Below the pieces are notes generated by a model. The model was not told the DNA's origin, searched no databases, and saw only the letters and a program-made list of their open reading frames with translations. Source: Nitrospirales bacterium (GTDB lineage Bacteria > Nitrospirota > Nitrospiria > Nitrospirales > UBA8639). From it: DNA of 64,000 nt. The translations under genes were made by a program, and so were the position numbers. Position 1 is the first letter of the stretch. Each line of letters starts with the position of its first letter. The stretch is from contig OY820905.2 of assembly GCA_963555755.3 (NCBI GenBank), positions 2,208,001 to 2,272,000 of the forward strand, read 5' to 3'. Of this stretch, positions 32,261 to 42,457 are shown piece by piece.

Positions 32261-34899
32261 TACACCACAAAATTGACCAGCTTTTTTTCCACATAAATGA
32301 TTTTGCGCGGGGTTGCCCCATTCAGCCACTCGAGTAATTTTCCATCTTGTTGAGCCATGGCAAGAATATCGTCCTTGCTCGAATCGGCAGGAACGACAAT
32401 TTTACTCCGCAGCTTCCCGTTCACTTGAAGAGGAATGATCATTTCCTCTTTGACAATTAAGGCCGGATCATACGTCGGCCAGGCCTGCAACGCGATACTC
32501 GGCGTATGTCCCATTCGCTCCCACAGTTCTTCGGCGAGATGCGGGGCAAAGGGCTGCAGCAGCAGCAAAAACGCCTCCGCCGAGGTGCGCGGCAACGGAG
32601 CATCTTTGCAAATATCTCGCACAAAAACCATCAATTTGGAAATGGCCGTATTGAATCCCATCTCCTCCAAGTCCTGCGTCACACCATGAATAGTTTCAGC
32701 AGTGAACCGCGCTTGTCCCGTGGTTCCCGACCCCTCGACCAATGAAATTGACTCACCATCCTCTCCTTCCCTGACAAACAGACGATGCGCCCGTTGCAAA
32801 AATCGAGAGACGCCTGGAATCGAATCCGTTGACCACGGCGCGCCTTTATCCAAGGGTCCCATGAACATTTCATACACCCGCAGGGCATCGGTTCCATATT
32901 CCGCAATAATGTCATCGGGATTCACGACGTTGCCACGGCTTTTGGACATTTTTTCGGTGACTTCCTCCAGCACCAGGCCTTCGAGAGTAGGATGCAAAGG
33001 CCTATCGTCTTCAGACCACTGCACATCTTTTGAGGCCACCCACCGCGCTTTTAATTCCTCGCCTGTTTTTTTATGCAGCGGGGTTTCATTATCAAATCGC
33101 ACCTCGGATGAGGGATAGGCTTTTGTCTGGAAGTTGGCATCATCAGACAAATTATTATCGAAGTATCGATAGCTGTACCCTAGGATCATTCCCGGATTGA
33201 GTAATTTCTGAAACGGCTCCTTCGTGTGCACGAGCCCAAGGTCAAACAACACCTTGTGCCAGAAGCGGGAATACAGCAGGTGGAGCACGGCATGCTCAGC
33301 ACCACCCACGTAGAGATCAACGGGCATCCAATGTTGCTCAGCCTCTTGGGACCATGGTTCGCTATCATTGGATGGATCGCAGAAACGCAGGTAGTACCAG
33401 CAACTGCCAGCCCATTGCGGCATGGTGTTCGTATCGCGTAAGGCTTTCTGCTTGGACTCCGGGTCTGTGACTTCAACCCAATCGCGCACGCGCGCCAACG
33501 GAGGTTCAAAATCGCCGCTTGGCCGAAAATCTTCCAGGTCCGGCAACAACACGGGCAAGTCGGCTTCCGGCACCACCTTCGTCGTCCCATCTTCAAGGTG
33601 AATGACCGGGAACGGTTCGCCCCAATACCGTTGACGACTGAACAGCCAATCATGCAGTTTGTAATTGACTGTCTTCTCGCCCTTGCCGTGTTCGACCAGC
33701 CATTCATTCATCCGCTGTGTGGCTTGCGAAGTGGCCAGGCCATCTAGAAAGTCTGAATTGACATTCTTCCCCTCACCCGTAAACGCCTCGACAGAAATAT
33801 CTCCTCCGGCAATAACCTCGACAATGGGCAAATCGAATTGCTTCGCAAATACATAATCGCGCGCATCATGCCCAGGGACGGCCATGATCGCTCCGGTTCC
33901 ATACGTCGCCAGGACGTAGTCGGCTATCCAAATCGGCACCTGACCGCCGGTGACGGGATGAATGGCATAAGCCCCGGTGAACACCCCCGTTTTATCTCCC
34001 ACATCCGCCATCCGTGCACGTTCACTCCGGCGTGATACCTCCTCCACATAGGCTTCAACCACTTGCCGATGATCCGCCGTGGTAATCGTTGGCACTGACG
34101 CATGCTCTGGCGCCAAGACCATGTAGGTCGCGCCAAAAAGGGTATCCGGTCGAGTCGTAAACACTTCAAGCGTTTGATCCGAATGGCCAGCCAATTCGAA
34201 GAAAATACGAGCGCCTTCCGACCGGCCCACCCAATCTCGCTGCATGCGTTTGATGGATTCAGGCCAATCAACGGAATCCAGGTCTTCGATCAGCCGATCG
34301 GCATATGCCGTGATGCGGAGCATCCACTGTCGCATCGGCATCCGGACAACAGGATGCCCCCCGCGTTCACTTTTGCCATCGATGACTTCTTCGTTAGCCA
34401 GCACCGTGCCCAACGCCGAGCACCAATTGACCGGCACCTCGGCTAAATACGCCAGCCCTTTCTCATAGAGCCTTCGGAAAATCCATTGGGTCCAGCGGAC
34501 ATACTTCGGATCGGTGGTATCGATCTCGCGCGACCAATCGTAATCCATGCCCAACGCTTGGAACTGGCGCTTAAAATTTTTAATGTTTTTCTTGGTGGTC
34601 TCACGAGGATGGGTCCCTGTTTCGATGGCATATTGTTCAGCCGGCAGGCCAAAGGCATCCCACCCCATGGGATGCAGGACGTTGAACCCACGCATCCGCT
34701 TGTAGCGAGATATGATATCGGTGGCAATGTACCCTTTGGGATGCCCAACATGAAGCCCCGTTCCAGAAGGGTAGGGAAACATATCGAGCACATAGAATTT
34801 GGGCTTGGTGGAATCTATTTGAGAAGAAAAGATGGCATGTTCACGCCAGTAGCGCTGCCATTTCGCCTCAATGGCTTGGTAGTCGTACGTGTTCGCCAT
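32260..34899 (-). CDS. leuS: Leucine--tRNA ligase
   Basis: MFPYPSG.GLHVGH (HIGH), KMSKS, editing domain FTTRPDT. Confidence 0.98.
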   Translation of the reverse strand: MANTYDYQAIEAKWQRYWREHAIFSSQIDSTKPKFYVLDMFPYPSGTGLHVGHPKGYIATDIISRYKRMRGFNVLHPMGWDAFGLPAEQYAIETGTHPRETTKKNIKNFKRQFQALGMDYDWSREIDTTDPKYVRWTQWIFRRLYEKGLAYLAEVPVNWCSALGTVLANEEVIDGKSERGGHPVVRMPMRQWMLRITAYADRLIEDLDSVDWPESIKRMQRDWVGRSEGARIFFELAGHSDQTLEVFTTRPDTLFGATYMVLAPEHASVPTITTADHRQVVEAYVEEVSRRSERARMADVGDKTGVFTGAYAIHPVTGGQVPIWIADYVLATYGTGAIMAVPGHDARDYVFAKQFDLPIVEVIAGGDISVEAFTGEGKNVNSDFLDGLATSQATQRMNEWLVEHGKGEKTVNYKLHDWLFSRQRYWGEPFPVIHLEDGTTKVVPEADLPVLLPDLEDFRPSGDFEPPLARVRDWVEVTDPESKQKALRDTNTMPQWAGSCWYYLRFCDPSNDSEPWSQEAEQHWMPVDLYVGGAEHAVLHLLYSRFWHKVLFDLGLVHTKEPFQKLLNPGMILGYSYRYFDNNLSDDANFQTKAYPSSEVRFDNETPLHKKTGEELKARWVASKDVQWSEDDRPLHPTLEGLVLEEVTEKMSKSRGNVVNPDDIIAEYGTDALRVYEMFMGPLDKGAPWSTDSIPGVSRFLQRAHRLFVREGEDGESISLVEGSGTTGQARFTAETIHGVTQDLEEMGFNTAISKLMVFVRDICKDAPLPRTSAEAFLLLLQPFAPHLAEELWERMGHTPSIALQAWPTYDPALIVKEEMIIPLQVNGKLRSKIVVPADSSKDDILAMAQQDGKLLEWLNGATPRKIIYVEKKLVNFVV

Positions 34900-34999
34900 G
34901 AAATGGAAAGAAGGTGGTTTGTCAGCCTTGGGTCTAAGAGACTATCAACGGAGGGAAAATCTATCACAGACCCGATTGCACGACAAGGCGAACAGAAAC

Positions 35000-35147
35000 A
35001 GGGAATGTTGAAAAAAGCCGCCAGCGGCGTTCTCGCCCTTTTGTCGTGCTCACGTACTGAGAGTACGCTCCGCGCGTCAAAAGGGCTGCGGCCTTGCTGG
35101 ATAGACCCTTCGGAAAGACTCAGGGCATGCTTTTTTGAACATTCCCT
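35000..35147. mobile_element. MITE family C
   Basis: AGGGAATGTTGAAAAAAG / CTTTTTTGAACATTCCCT. Confidence 0.85.
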
Positions 35148-35304
35148 CCCACTGACGCGAGAAGGCTTACCTGGAGCATCTAAGGGTCATGGACCTGAAA
35201 TATTCAACAGACCCAAACAACATGTGCCTTGAGGCATAGATAACCGGATTGTTCTGGAAAGGTTAAGGAAAACAAGGAAGACGATAATCGAAGACCGTGG
35301 GCTT

Positions 35305-35463
35305 AGGGTTCGCGCAAGAATAACTTTCCCTGTTGGGGTGCTGAGACGCCTGTCTGGCAAGGCGCGAGGACTGCGCATACTCCTCGTATGGAAAGGACGA
35401 GCAACGCCGCTAGACGGGATGGATCGACGCCCAAACAGGGGAAGTTATTCTTGCGCGAATCCT
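35305..35463. mobile_element. MITE family A
   Basis: Full copy with TIRs and TTA-type flanks. Confidence 0.85.
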
Positions 35464-35493
35464 TAAGCTAAACCCACGGGGACATAAGACTGG

Positions 35494-35718
35494 CTAAGGC
35501 TTAGCAGCACCAACCGGAAGTGCTTTTCGTTTTTTGCGAGTGGCGGCTTCAGCGATTTCAGGCGTTTTCTCCTGAATCAGACGATGCTTCATAATCACCG
35601 GGTCAACCACTTCCCCGCAGGCCAAACAGCGCCAGCCTGGCATCCAGAGCTCGCCACTATTTTCCATGTCAATGAAATAGTCGGTCACCATTGTTCCCTG
35701 GCAGCGTACACAATGCAT
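35494..35718 (-). CDS. Small CxxC...CxxC hypothetical protein
   Basis: AAGGAGG RBS; MHCVRCQG...WRCLACGE. Confidence 0.8.
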   Translation of the reverse strand: MHCVRCQGTMVTDYFIDMENSGELWMPGWRCLACGEVVDPVIMKHRLIQEKTPEIAEAATRKKRKALPVGAAKP

Positions 35719-35867
35719 AACGACCTCCTTGGAAAAAACCCGCTGTCTCTTTTTTCGGTTGGGCAAAGGAGATCTTGAGGAGAAAGGGAGAGGAAAACTC
35801 TACGAACAAGCGCCGAATGAGACGAAGTGTACGCAACGGGGAAGAAGCCGGTTTGATTCGTTTCTAG

Positions 35868-36156
35868 GAACCTGTCCCAGATTAGACGAATCTACTGCGG
35901 ATGTGCTGGGTGTGGCCAGATCTTCCGATCCTTTTCGGGGAAGGTTGAAAAAGACCGCCAGCTGCGTTCTCGGGCTTTTGGCGTGCTCACGTACTGCGTG
36001 TACGCTCCGCGCGCCAAAAGCCCTGCGGCCTTGCTGGACGGCCTTTTTCAACCTTCCCCGTTTTCGTTGAATAGTCCCACTATTCGCCTCAAATGATCGA
36101 AACATCTGACTCAAACCAGCACAGCCTCGTGACGATCGCTAATCTCGGACTGGCTC
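35868..36156. mobile_element. MITE family B interrupted by MITE family C (35936-36060)
   Basis: B flanked by CTAG/TTAG; C has a perfect 18-bp TIR CGGGGAAGGTTGAAAAAG and a TTTT/TTTT duplication. Confidence 0.88.
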
Positions 36157-36172
36157 TTAGGTTCAAGGTTTC

Positions 36173-37690
36173 GTGTGGCTTAAACCCAATCTCTCCCAGG
36201 TTCAGCAGTTCTTTAGTGGAATCATTCGCGACATCTCCCAACGGAAAGATGCGGAAGAAGCCTTACGAGAATCAGAAGAAAAGTATCGATCGATTTTCAA
36301 TCAGGCAGTGGAAGGCATGTACCAAACCCCTCCACAAGGGACCTTTCTCAATGCCAATCCCGCTCTCAGTCAGTTATTGGGATATGACTCGACTCAAGCA
36401 CTCATGGAACAGGTGAACGACATCGGGGGCCAACTCTATGTGGACCCAGACCGACGAAAAGAGTTTTGTCAGCTCGTAGATGTTCAGATGATCATTAACG
36501 ATTTTGAATCGGAAGTGTATCGAAGAGATGGCCGTACCACTTGGATTTCCGAAAATGCTCGAGTGATTCGGAATGAGGAAGGCGCATCACAATGGTATGA
36601 AGGCTTCGTGGTGGATCTCAGCGCACGAAAAGAAGCCGAACAACTTCTGGAAGCCACGAACCGATTGCAGGCGGAAAACATGTTTTTGCAAGAAGAAGTC
36701 ATCGAAGCGCGTGCCTTCGGTGATTTGGTTGGGCAAAGTCCGGCACTCGCCAATGTGATTCGTCAAATCGATCTGGTCGCACCGACCGAAGCGACCGTGT
36801 GAATCCTTGGCGAATCAGGAACCGGAAAAGAACTCGTGGCCCGAGAAATACACAAACGAAGCCAACGAGCGGACAAGCCACTCATTCGAGTCAATTGCGC
36901 CTCGATTCCCAAGGAACTCTACGAGAGTGAATTCTTTGGTCATGTCAAAGGTGCGTTTACCGGAGCTGTCAAAGACAGTGCCGGTCGATTCGAAGCCGCG
37001 GACGGCGGAACATTATTTCTCGATGAAGTCGGAGAAATTTCCTTAGACCTCCAGAGTAAATTCTTGCGGGTATTGCAGGAGCAGCAATACGAACGAGTCG
37101 GAGAGGAACGAACCCGAAAGGTCGATGTACGCATCATTGCCGCGACCAATCGCGACCTAAAAAAAGAAGCGGAAGCGGGCCGTTTTCGGCAAGACCTCTA
37201 TTATCGCCTCAACGTGTTTCCCCTTGAAATTGTTCCACTCCACGAACGAAAAGAAGATATTCCCCTTCTCGCGGAACATCTCCTATCGTTGGCCGCCAAA
37301 AAATTCAACTGCCCCAAACCACGACTCACCAAAGCATTAGTGGCCAAACTCCAACGCTATGATTGGCCGGGAAACATCCGCGAGCTGCAAAACGTGATTG
37401 AGCGCAGCCTTATAGTCTCAGGAGGACAGGAGTTACAGTTTGATATTCCACAGCCAGAGGGAGGGCGATCCATGCCTCACCCAGCATCGGTTTCAAGGCA
37501 AGGTGCGAGCGAAGAAGAAGTCGTCACGGAAGATGAAATGCGCGCACGAGAACGAAACAACACCATTGCAGCCCTCATCAAATCGAATTGGAAAATTTAC
37601 GGATCAGGCGGAGCCGCCGAACTCCTCGGCATGAAGCCAACAACGTTGGTGGCTCGCATCAAAAAAATGGGAATTCAAGGGGTAGGTTAA
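36173..37690 (+). pseudogene. PAS-domain sigma54-dependent (Fis/FhlA-like) activator, 5'-truncated, with in-frame TGA at 36800-36802
   Basis: [48 protein letters not shown]-terminal HTH. Confidence 0.9.
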
Positions 37691-38120
37691 CCCTGGAAGA
37701 CTACCGAGATAAAACACACAGTGGTGTGCTCACTTTTCCTCTTGACGTGAAGATTATCGAAGAGTGAACGGAGTAACAGCCTTCAGACTAAACCCTTTCG
37801 TACGGCCTCGAACAATGTATACACGGTTTCCCTCCACCTATGAGAAAAAGGGAGATTCTCTTCCTGGAGAACTCTACTGATAACCTTGTGGCGCCTGCCA
37901 GGAAAGGGGGTCTGGACTAAATGGGTCTGTTGAATCTCGTTATTCCCCGGTGCCTTGCGACGGGGTTACCATTGAGGTTCCCCCTTTGGAAAAGGGGGTT
38001 AGGGGGATTTTCTAATCATGCGGTTTCCTTAAAATACCCCGTTGCTTGCGGCGGGGATCTTTTATTGTTGCAGGTCCATGACCCATAGCTGCTCCAGGTA
38101 AACCTGCTCGCATCAGTGGG

Positions 38121-38255
38121 AGGGAATGTTCAAAAAAGCATGCCCTGAGTCTTTCCGAAGGGTCTATCCAGCAAGGCCGCAGCCCTTTTGACGCGCGGAG
38201 CGTACACTTTGTACGTGAGCGCGAACGCCGCTGGCGGCTTTTTTCAACATTCCCT
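38121..38255. mobile_element. MITE family C
   Basis: TIRs as in other copies; small internal deletion. Confidence 0.82.
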
Positions 38256-38387
38256 TAATATCCTAACTTCCTTCTGGGCTGTCCTAGGACGTGGGATCAA
38301 TCGGTGTGGGGGGAAGTTGAGCCAGTCCCAGGAAAGCCAGCCACGGCTGGCTCGAGCGAAAAAAGGTATTATGTCAAGACCCGACCC
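38255..38387. repeat. REPIN-like family F, copy 1
   Basis: ~100-bp core repeated at 39112-39214; right end AAGGTATTATGTCAAGACCCGACCC. Confidence 0.7.
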
Positions 38388-38484
38388 ACAACTTTAATCA
38401 GCTGTGACGATGAAGTCCCGATAAGTACTGGATTTTCCGTCATATATAGGAGTAATATAGGTAAAAACATAAGGGGGATTTGTT

Positions 38485-38769
38485 ATGCCGACTCTTGAAA
38501 CAACTTTGATCCATTTAGCACCAGTGCAAAAGAAGAAATTGTTTCAACTTGCCAAACGGCGGCATACCAGTTTGGCGAGTGAGGTGCGCAGCGCGATTGA
38601 ATGTTATTTGGCTATTGGAGCTGAGGGGATCAATCCGGCTGAATTGGCAGATGCTGCCAAAGTGGCTAGGAAGGCGGTAGAGGATATGACGGCTCAAACC
38701 AAGCGGGCGAATCGTCAGTTAGAGTCAGCGTTGCGGGAACTTCGTAAGCCGAAACGGAAAGCTTCATGA
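38485..38769 (+). CDS. Hypothetical protein, possible ribbon-helix-helix DNA-binding N-terminus
   Basis: TTLIHL...KKKLFQLAKRRHTSLASEVRSAIECYL pattern; RBS. Confidence 0.65.
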   Translation: MPTLETTLIHLAPVQKKKLFQLAKRRHTSLASEVRSAIECYLAIGAEGINPAELADAAKVARKAVEDMTAQTKRANRQLESALRELRKPKRKAS

Positions 38770-38957
38770 GTGTTGCTGAAGATATTTATAAGACACTCAA
38801 AGGGCTTACGGGTCTACAAGATCAAATGAAACGAATCGAGAAAAACCTTGGTGAGGTCTCGACAGAACTTAAAAACCATCGTGACCGGCTTATCCGACTT
38901 GAGACCAAAATGGAAGTCTATGAAGGGTTGAGCCAACGACGATTCCCGAAGTCTTGA
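38766..38957 (+). CDS. Small coiled-coil hypothetical protein
   Basis: ATGA overlap with the upstream gene; heptad pattern. Confidence 0.65.
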   Translation: MSVAEDIYKTLKGLTGLQDQMKRIEKNLGEVSTELKNHRDRLIRLETKMEVYEGLSQRRFPKS

Positions 38958-39068
38958 GCAGGTCTAACATTAATCTCATCAGCAGGCCACTGGTTCGAGC
39001 CCTGTACGACCCCCCACATTGTTGACTGGTACTCTACGCCTGATCCACCCTTAAAAAAGTGTTAAGGA

Positions 39069-39305
39069 AGGGGGGCGAGCCTTGACTTAAGAAGGGGGGT
39101 CGAGGCTTGACTTAATACCTTAACTTCCTTCTGGGCTATCCTATGACGTGGGATCAATCTGTGTGGGGGAAAGTTGAGCCAGTCCCAGGAAAACCAGCCA
39201 CGGCTGGCTCGAGCCGCTATTTAGTCAACCAAAGATTTGACCCCTATTTGACCCCTATTTATTCTATTTGACCCCTATTCCTAGTCAACCAAAGATTTGA
39301 CCCCT
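39069..39305. repeat. REPIN-like family F copy 2 joined to stuttered family E ends
   Basis: Left end GGGGTCGAGGCTTGACTTAATACCTT; right side has tandem TTTGACCCCTATT units. Confidence 0.7.
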
Positions 39306-40410
39306 ATTCAAACCCCGAAATTTCTTTCCCGTCCAAACATACCGATTTCGAGTAAGACCCAACGAGTATCATTACCAGCCAGCTATTCTTATTCTTTCAG
39401 AAGAAACACCTTCCCAAGCTCCTTTAACTTCGGAAGAAATCGATCTCGCAAATCACCTTCGCCACACCATTTGGCCATTAGCCCTTGGGAGTTTGAATGA
39501 CTACAGTAAGGGGTTAAATCAAAAGGGTAGTACCTCCGGGACTTGGTATTCCACTTTCCAACCTGACAAGGTTTTCGGTCGTGCTTTACTATTCCCAAAT
39601 TTACCCCCATTGTATACGGTTCTGCCAGACAATCTCGTTGCGGACCCTACCCCTTATCAAGGAGATGAGCCGTATCGGTTTGATAAAGACCATAATCAAT
39701 GGCAACTACAAGATAGGCTGTTAGCAAACCTTGGTTCGATCTGTCCAAATAATCAAGAATCCCTTTTAGAAATTTCCCGCCTGTTCCTTCTTCACGAACA
39801 CGTACATGATCATCATTGCCTCACTGCTAATACCGCAAGAGAAGTTGGAAAGTTTCAAAATTGCCTTGAGCATTTAGATTATGCTGCGGATACCTATGCT
39901 TTGTTTCACGAGTTCAACTTCGTTCGAAATTTCGACCCAGGAGGTATTGCCGAAGAAAGGGACGATATTCAATCACTAGCTAATTTGATCGAGAATTTGA
40001 TTAAATCTTTTTGGGCATTCGAACGGGAAGGACAAAATAATGATTGGGAAGTTCGTCGGCTGCGGCGCTACTTAAACTGGTACTGGCGTCATATACAAAT
40101 GAAGCGTGCACAAAGTTTAGAGGAAGCCGTTGAAATTATTGCCACCTCCCCCAAAATTGAAATCGCAGGATTAAGACAAAGGTTGAGAGGAAGACGCGTT
40201 GTGATGGTTTTAGACAAACTAGACCCAAATACACAGCTCGAATTAGGGATCGTTTTAAAGGGCGAAAGGTTTTTTAGACTTTCCCAAAGTGCCAATTCTA
40301 ATTTGCAAGGTCTTCTGAATGCTTTTTGCAATAAAGAGCATGATAAAATCTGCGACTTCTTCCGCAGCTTTTACGATTTTGCAAAACAAACTGGAGGGCC
40401 AGAAACTTAA
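39301..40410 (+). pseudogene. 5'-truncated AT-rich gene with HExxH metallopeptidase-like motif
   Basis: Frame is open from 39301, directly after the REP ends; FLLHEHVHDHH and downstream EHLDYAADTYA. Confidence 0.6.
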
Positions 40411-40506
40411 CCCGCATTCACCATTAGACAGGCATGTCAGCCTAGCGCCACTGTTTCCTTGGGAAAACATTTCCTCCCCTTTCGCAACTTCAAAAGATCC
40501 ATCGAC

Positions 40507-41058
40507 CTAAATTAGACTCAGTTGTTGAGCGGCGGGTTCTAACCTTCGTGACAAGTTAATTTTTTTCTCAAACCCGCGCATTAACCCTGGAGGGCATTCC
40601 TTCAACAATGGTTTCAGGTCTTCCAATGACTGAAGGTCGTGGAAGGCTTTCTTAGGCGAGAAATAAACCGCCACTTGCTTTCCTTGTTCCAACAGATTGA
40701 GGATATTGTTCAACGTCCCTTTGCTCTTGCCATCCCATAGCATCAAGCCGGAATCAGCTTCTTCACTCATTACCGTATCTTTCGCGGCATAAAACTGAAA
40801 ATCTTTTTCCGCACGATCGGTGTTAATCTCCCGCGTCTCCCAACTACCAATATTATTCCGGCAATCTTTCCCAGAACAAAAGACCTGCACGTTTCTATAT
40901 TGGCGATCGGCCAAATAGGTTTGCATGGCTTTATCCGCTCCGTTCGCATCCCCCACGAAAACAAACAGTTCGCTACTAATCACATCGTTCAGGCGTTTAC
41001 GGATCACGGCATTCAATGCCCGCACGTGGCGCGAACCGCCTAAAAAAACCTTTTCCAT
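40507..41058 (-). CDS. SLOG-superfamily (YspA/DUF2493-like) nucleotide-binding protein
   Basis: KVFLGGSR, VGDANGADK, MLWDGKSKGT. Confidence 0.8.
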   Translation of the reverse strand: MEKVFLGGSRHVRALNAVIRKRLNDVISSELFVFVGDANGADKAMQTYLADRQYRNVQVFCSGKDCRNNIGSWETREINTDRAEKDFQFYAAKDTVMSEEADSGLMLWDGKSKGTLNNILNLLEQGKQVAVYFSPKKAFHDLQSLEDLKPLLKECPPGLMRGFEKKINLSRRLEPAAQQLSLI

Positions 41059-41669
41059 TATCGGTTTCTCCGTGTTTTCGTCATGGTTAACGCGTAAATG
41101 TTTTCAACCTGGCCACTTTCTGAAAGACAGTCTGCTATCTTGTGCAATGTCGCACCGGATCGATACAGGCCATCAAATAACAAGATAGTTTTACCTTTCA
41201 CCTTTGATTCAAAAACTTCAAAGGCTTCGTCCAGCATAGCCAGCCTTTCGTTGAGATCATGTATATTCTTTAATTCTGGAGTCTCTTTCACCTTCTCGAT
41301 ACAGTCTAAGCATACGTCCACTGTCAACAAATCGCCGAGCTTTTCCGCTAGGAGAATGACCGGCTGATATTTCCTTTGCTTCGAGGGAGGGACAGGCACG
41401 ATAAGGTCAATAACCCAGTCCTTTGAATTAATAAAATCTTGAGCGGTTTCCGCAAGCTCCGATACGACGGATTTATTAGAGCCATACTTTAGCTGGTGAA
41501 GACATTTTCCAACTTGGCTGTAGGTCGTGTCGAATTGCGGGTGTCCAGACGCGCTCTCCCCGATATACACCGCGCTGAGGGTGTGATAGTCCAGGGCAAA
41601 CCCTTCTACCCAATCACCTGGCAATTCCTTAGGGTTAATCTCCAGCATGATGGTCGCAGTGTAGCCCAT
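41058..41669 (-). CDS. ComF-like phosphoribosyltransferase
   Basis: LHQLKY, IVPVPPSK, ILLFDGLYRSGATL; TAATG coupling to the SLOG gene. Confidence 0.85.
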   Translation of the reverse strand: MGYTATIMLEINPKELPGDWVEGFALDYHTLSAVYIGESASGHPQFDTTYSQVGKCLHQLKYGSNKSVVSELAETAQDFINSKDWVIDLIVPVPPSKQRKYQPVILLAEKLGDLLTVDVCLDCIEKVKETPELKNIHDLNERLAMLDEAFEVFESKVKGKTILLFDGLYRSGATLHKIADCLSESGQVENIYALTMTKTRRNR

Positions 41670-41942
41670 TTTGGGTGATCCAGGGAAATCTTTTTACGAG
41701 GGAGATATAGGATCAGGCATGGGTATTGCCTTATTAAACAAGGATTGCACAAAATTTTATTCTAAACAACGAGGGGGAAGGGGCCACCTCAGTTTGACTC
41801 TTTTTCCCTTCTAAAAATTCAATCAAAACTCATGCCTGCCCCCACTGTTTCATGGATTCATGGAAGTTAAAATAGAATTTCCAATCTTTGCTTAATTCGA
41901 AAGTCATTTACTGCAAAGACTTTTGAGAGTAGAATAATTGTT

Positions 41943-42302
41943 ATGCGATCCTTCCCAAAATTGCTCGCGCTCTTCCTGATTGTTCTCTTCCTCGCGTTTA
42001 GCTTCAATGCCTATGCCTGTCTGGTTCCGATTTATGGCGGCATGAAAGTCAATCAGGGGAGTGATTGCACCATGCCTGGGGAAGAGCCAGCGTCTCAATT
42101 TTGTGATGGATTTAAAACACTCGCCGTCCAATCCGGCCCCGATATTTCGTCTGCAGGACTTTCTCATTTCTCTTTGGGCGGGAACACTCCTTCTTTCTTT
42201 CCCGAACCTGTGACAAGGAGTCACTTTCTCCCCCTCATGTCACGTGTGTTTCTTCCTCCCCCAGTGGATATCCTTGTCCTCATTTCAGTATTTCGAATTT
42301 GA
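41943..42302 (+). CDS. Small hypothetical protein preceding the heavy-metal efflux operon
   Basis: Signal-like N-terminus, three Cys, Pro-rich tail ending VFRI. Confidence 0.7.
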   Translation: MRSFPKLLALFLIVLFLAFSFNAYACLVPIYGGMKVNQGSDCTMPGEEPASQFCDGFKTLAVQSGPDISSAGLSHFSLGGNTPSFFPEPVTRSHFLPLMSRVFLPPPVDILVLISVFRI

Positions 42303-42457
42303 TACCCTTCCCTTGTTTAATTCTTCCACTTAATTTTCTGATTTAAGAAAACACAAACCCATCTTTCTGTTTTTTCTGGAAAGATGTTCGAGCCTGGATT
42401 TTTCTATCTCCCTATTTTTCAAAAGTGGAGAGGGGCCGGTTTGGATTGGAGATTGAT

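Noticed and set aside
36800..36802. Selenocysteine recoding of TGA
   Set aside because: The position aligns with a conserved hydrophobic residue (VLI.GE.GTGKE), not Cys, and the gene is also 5'-truncated.
41715..41729. Sigma54 promoter for the cus operon (AGGCATGGGTATTGC)
   Set aside because: Spacing fits, but the match is weak and no enhancer or activator supports it.
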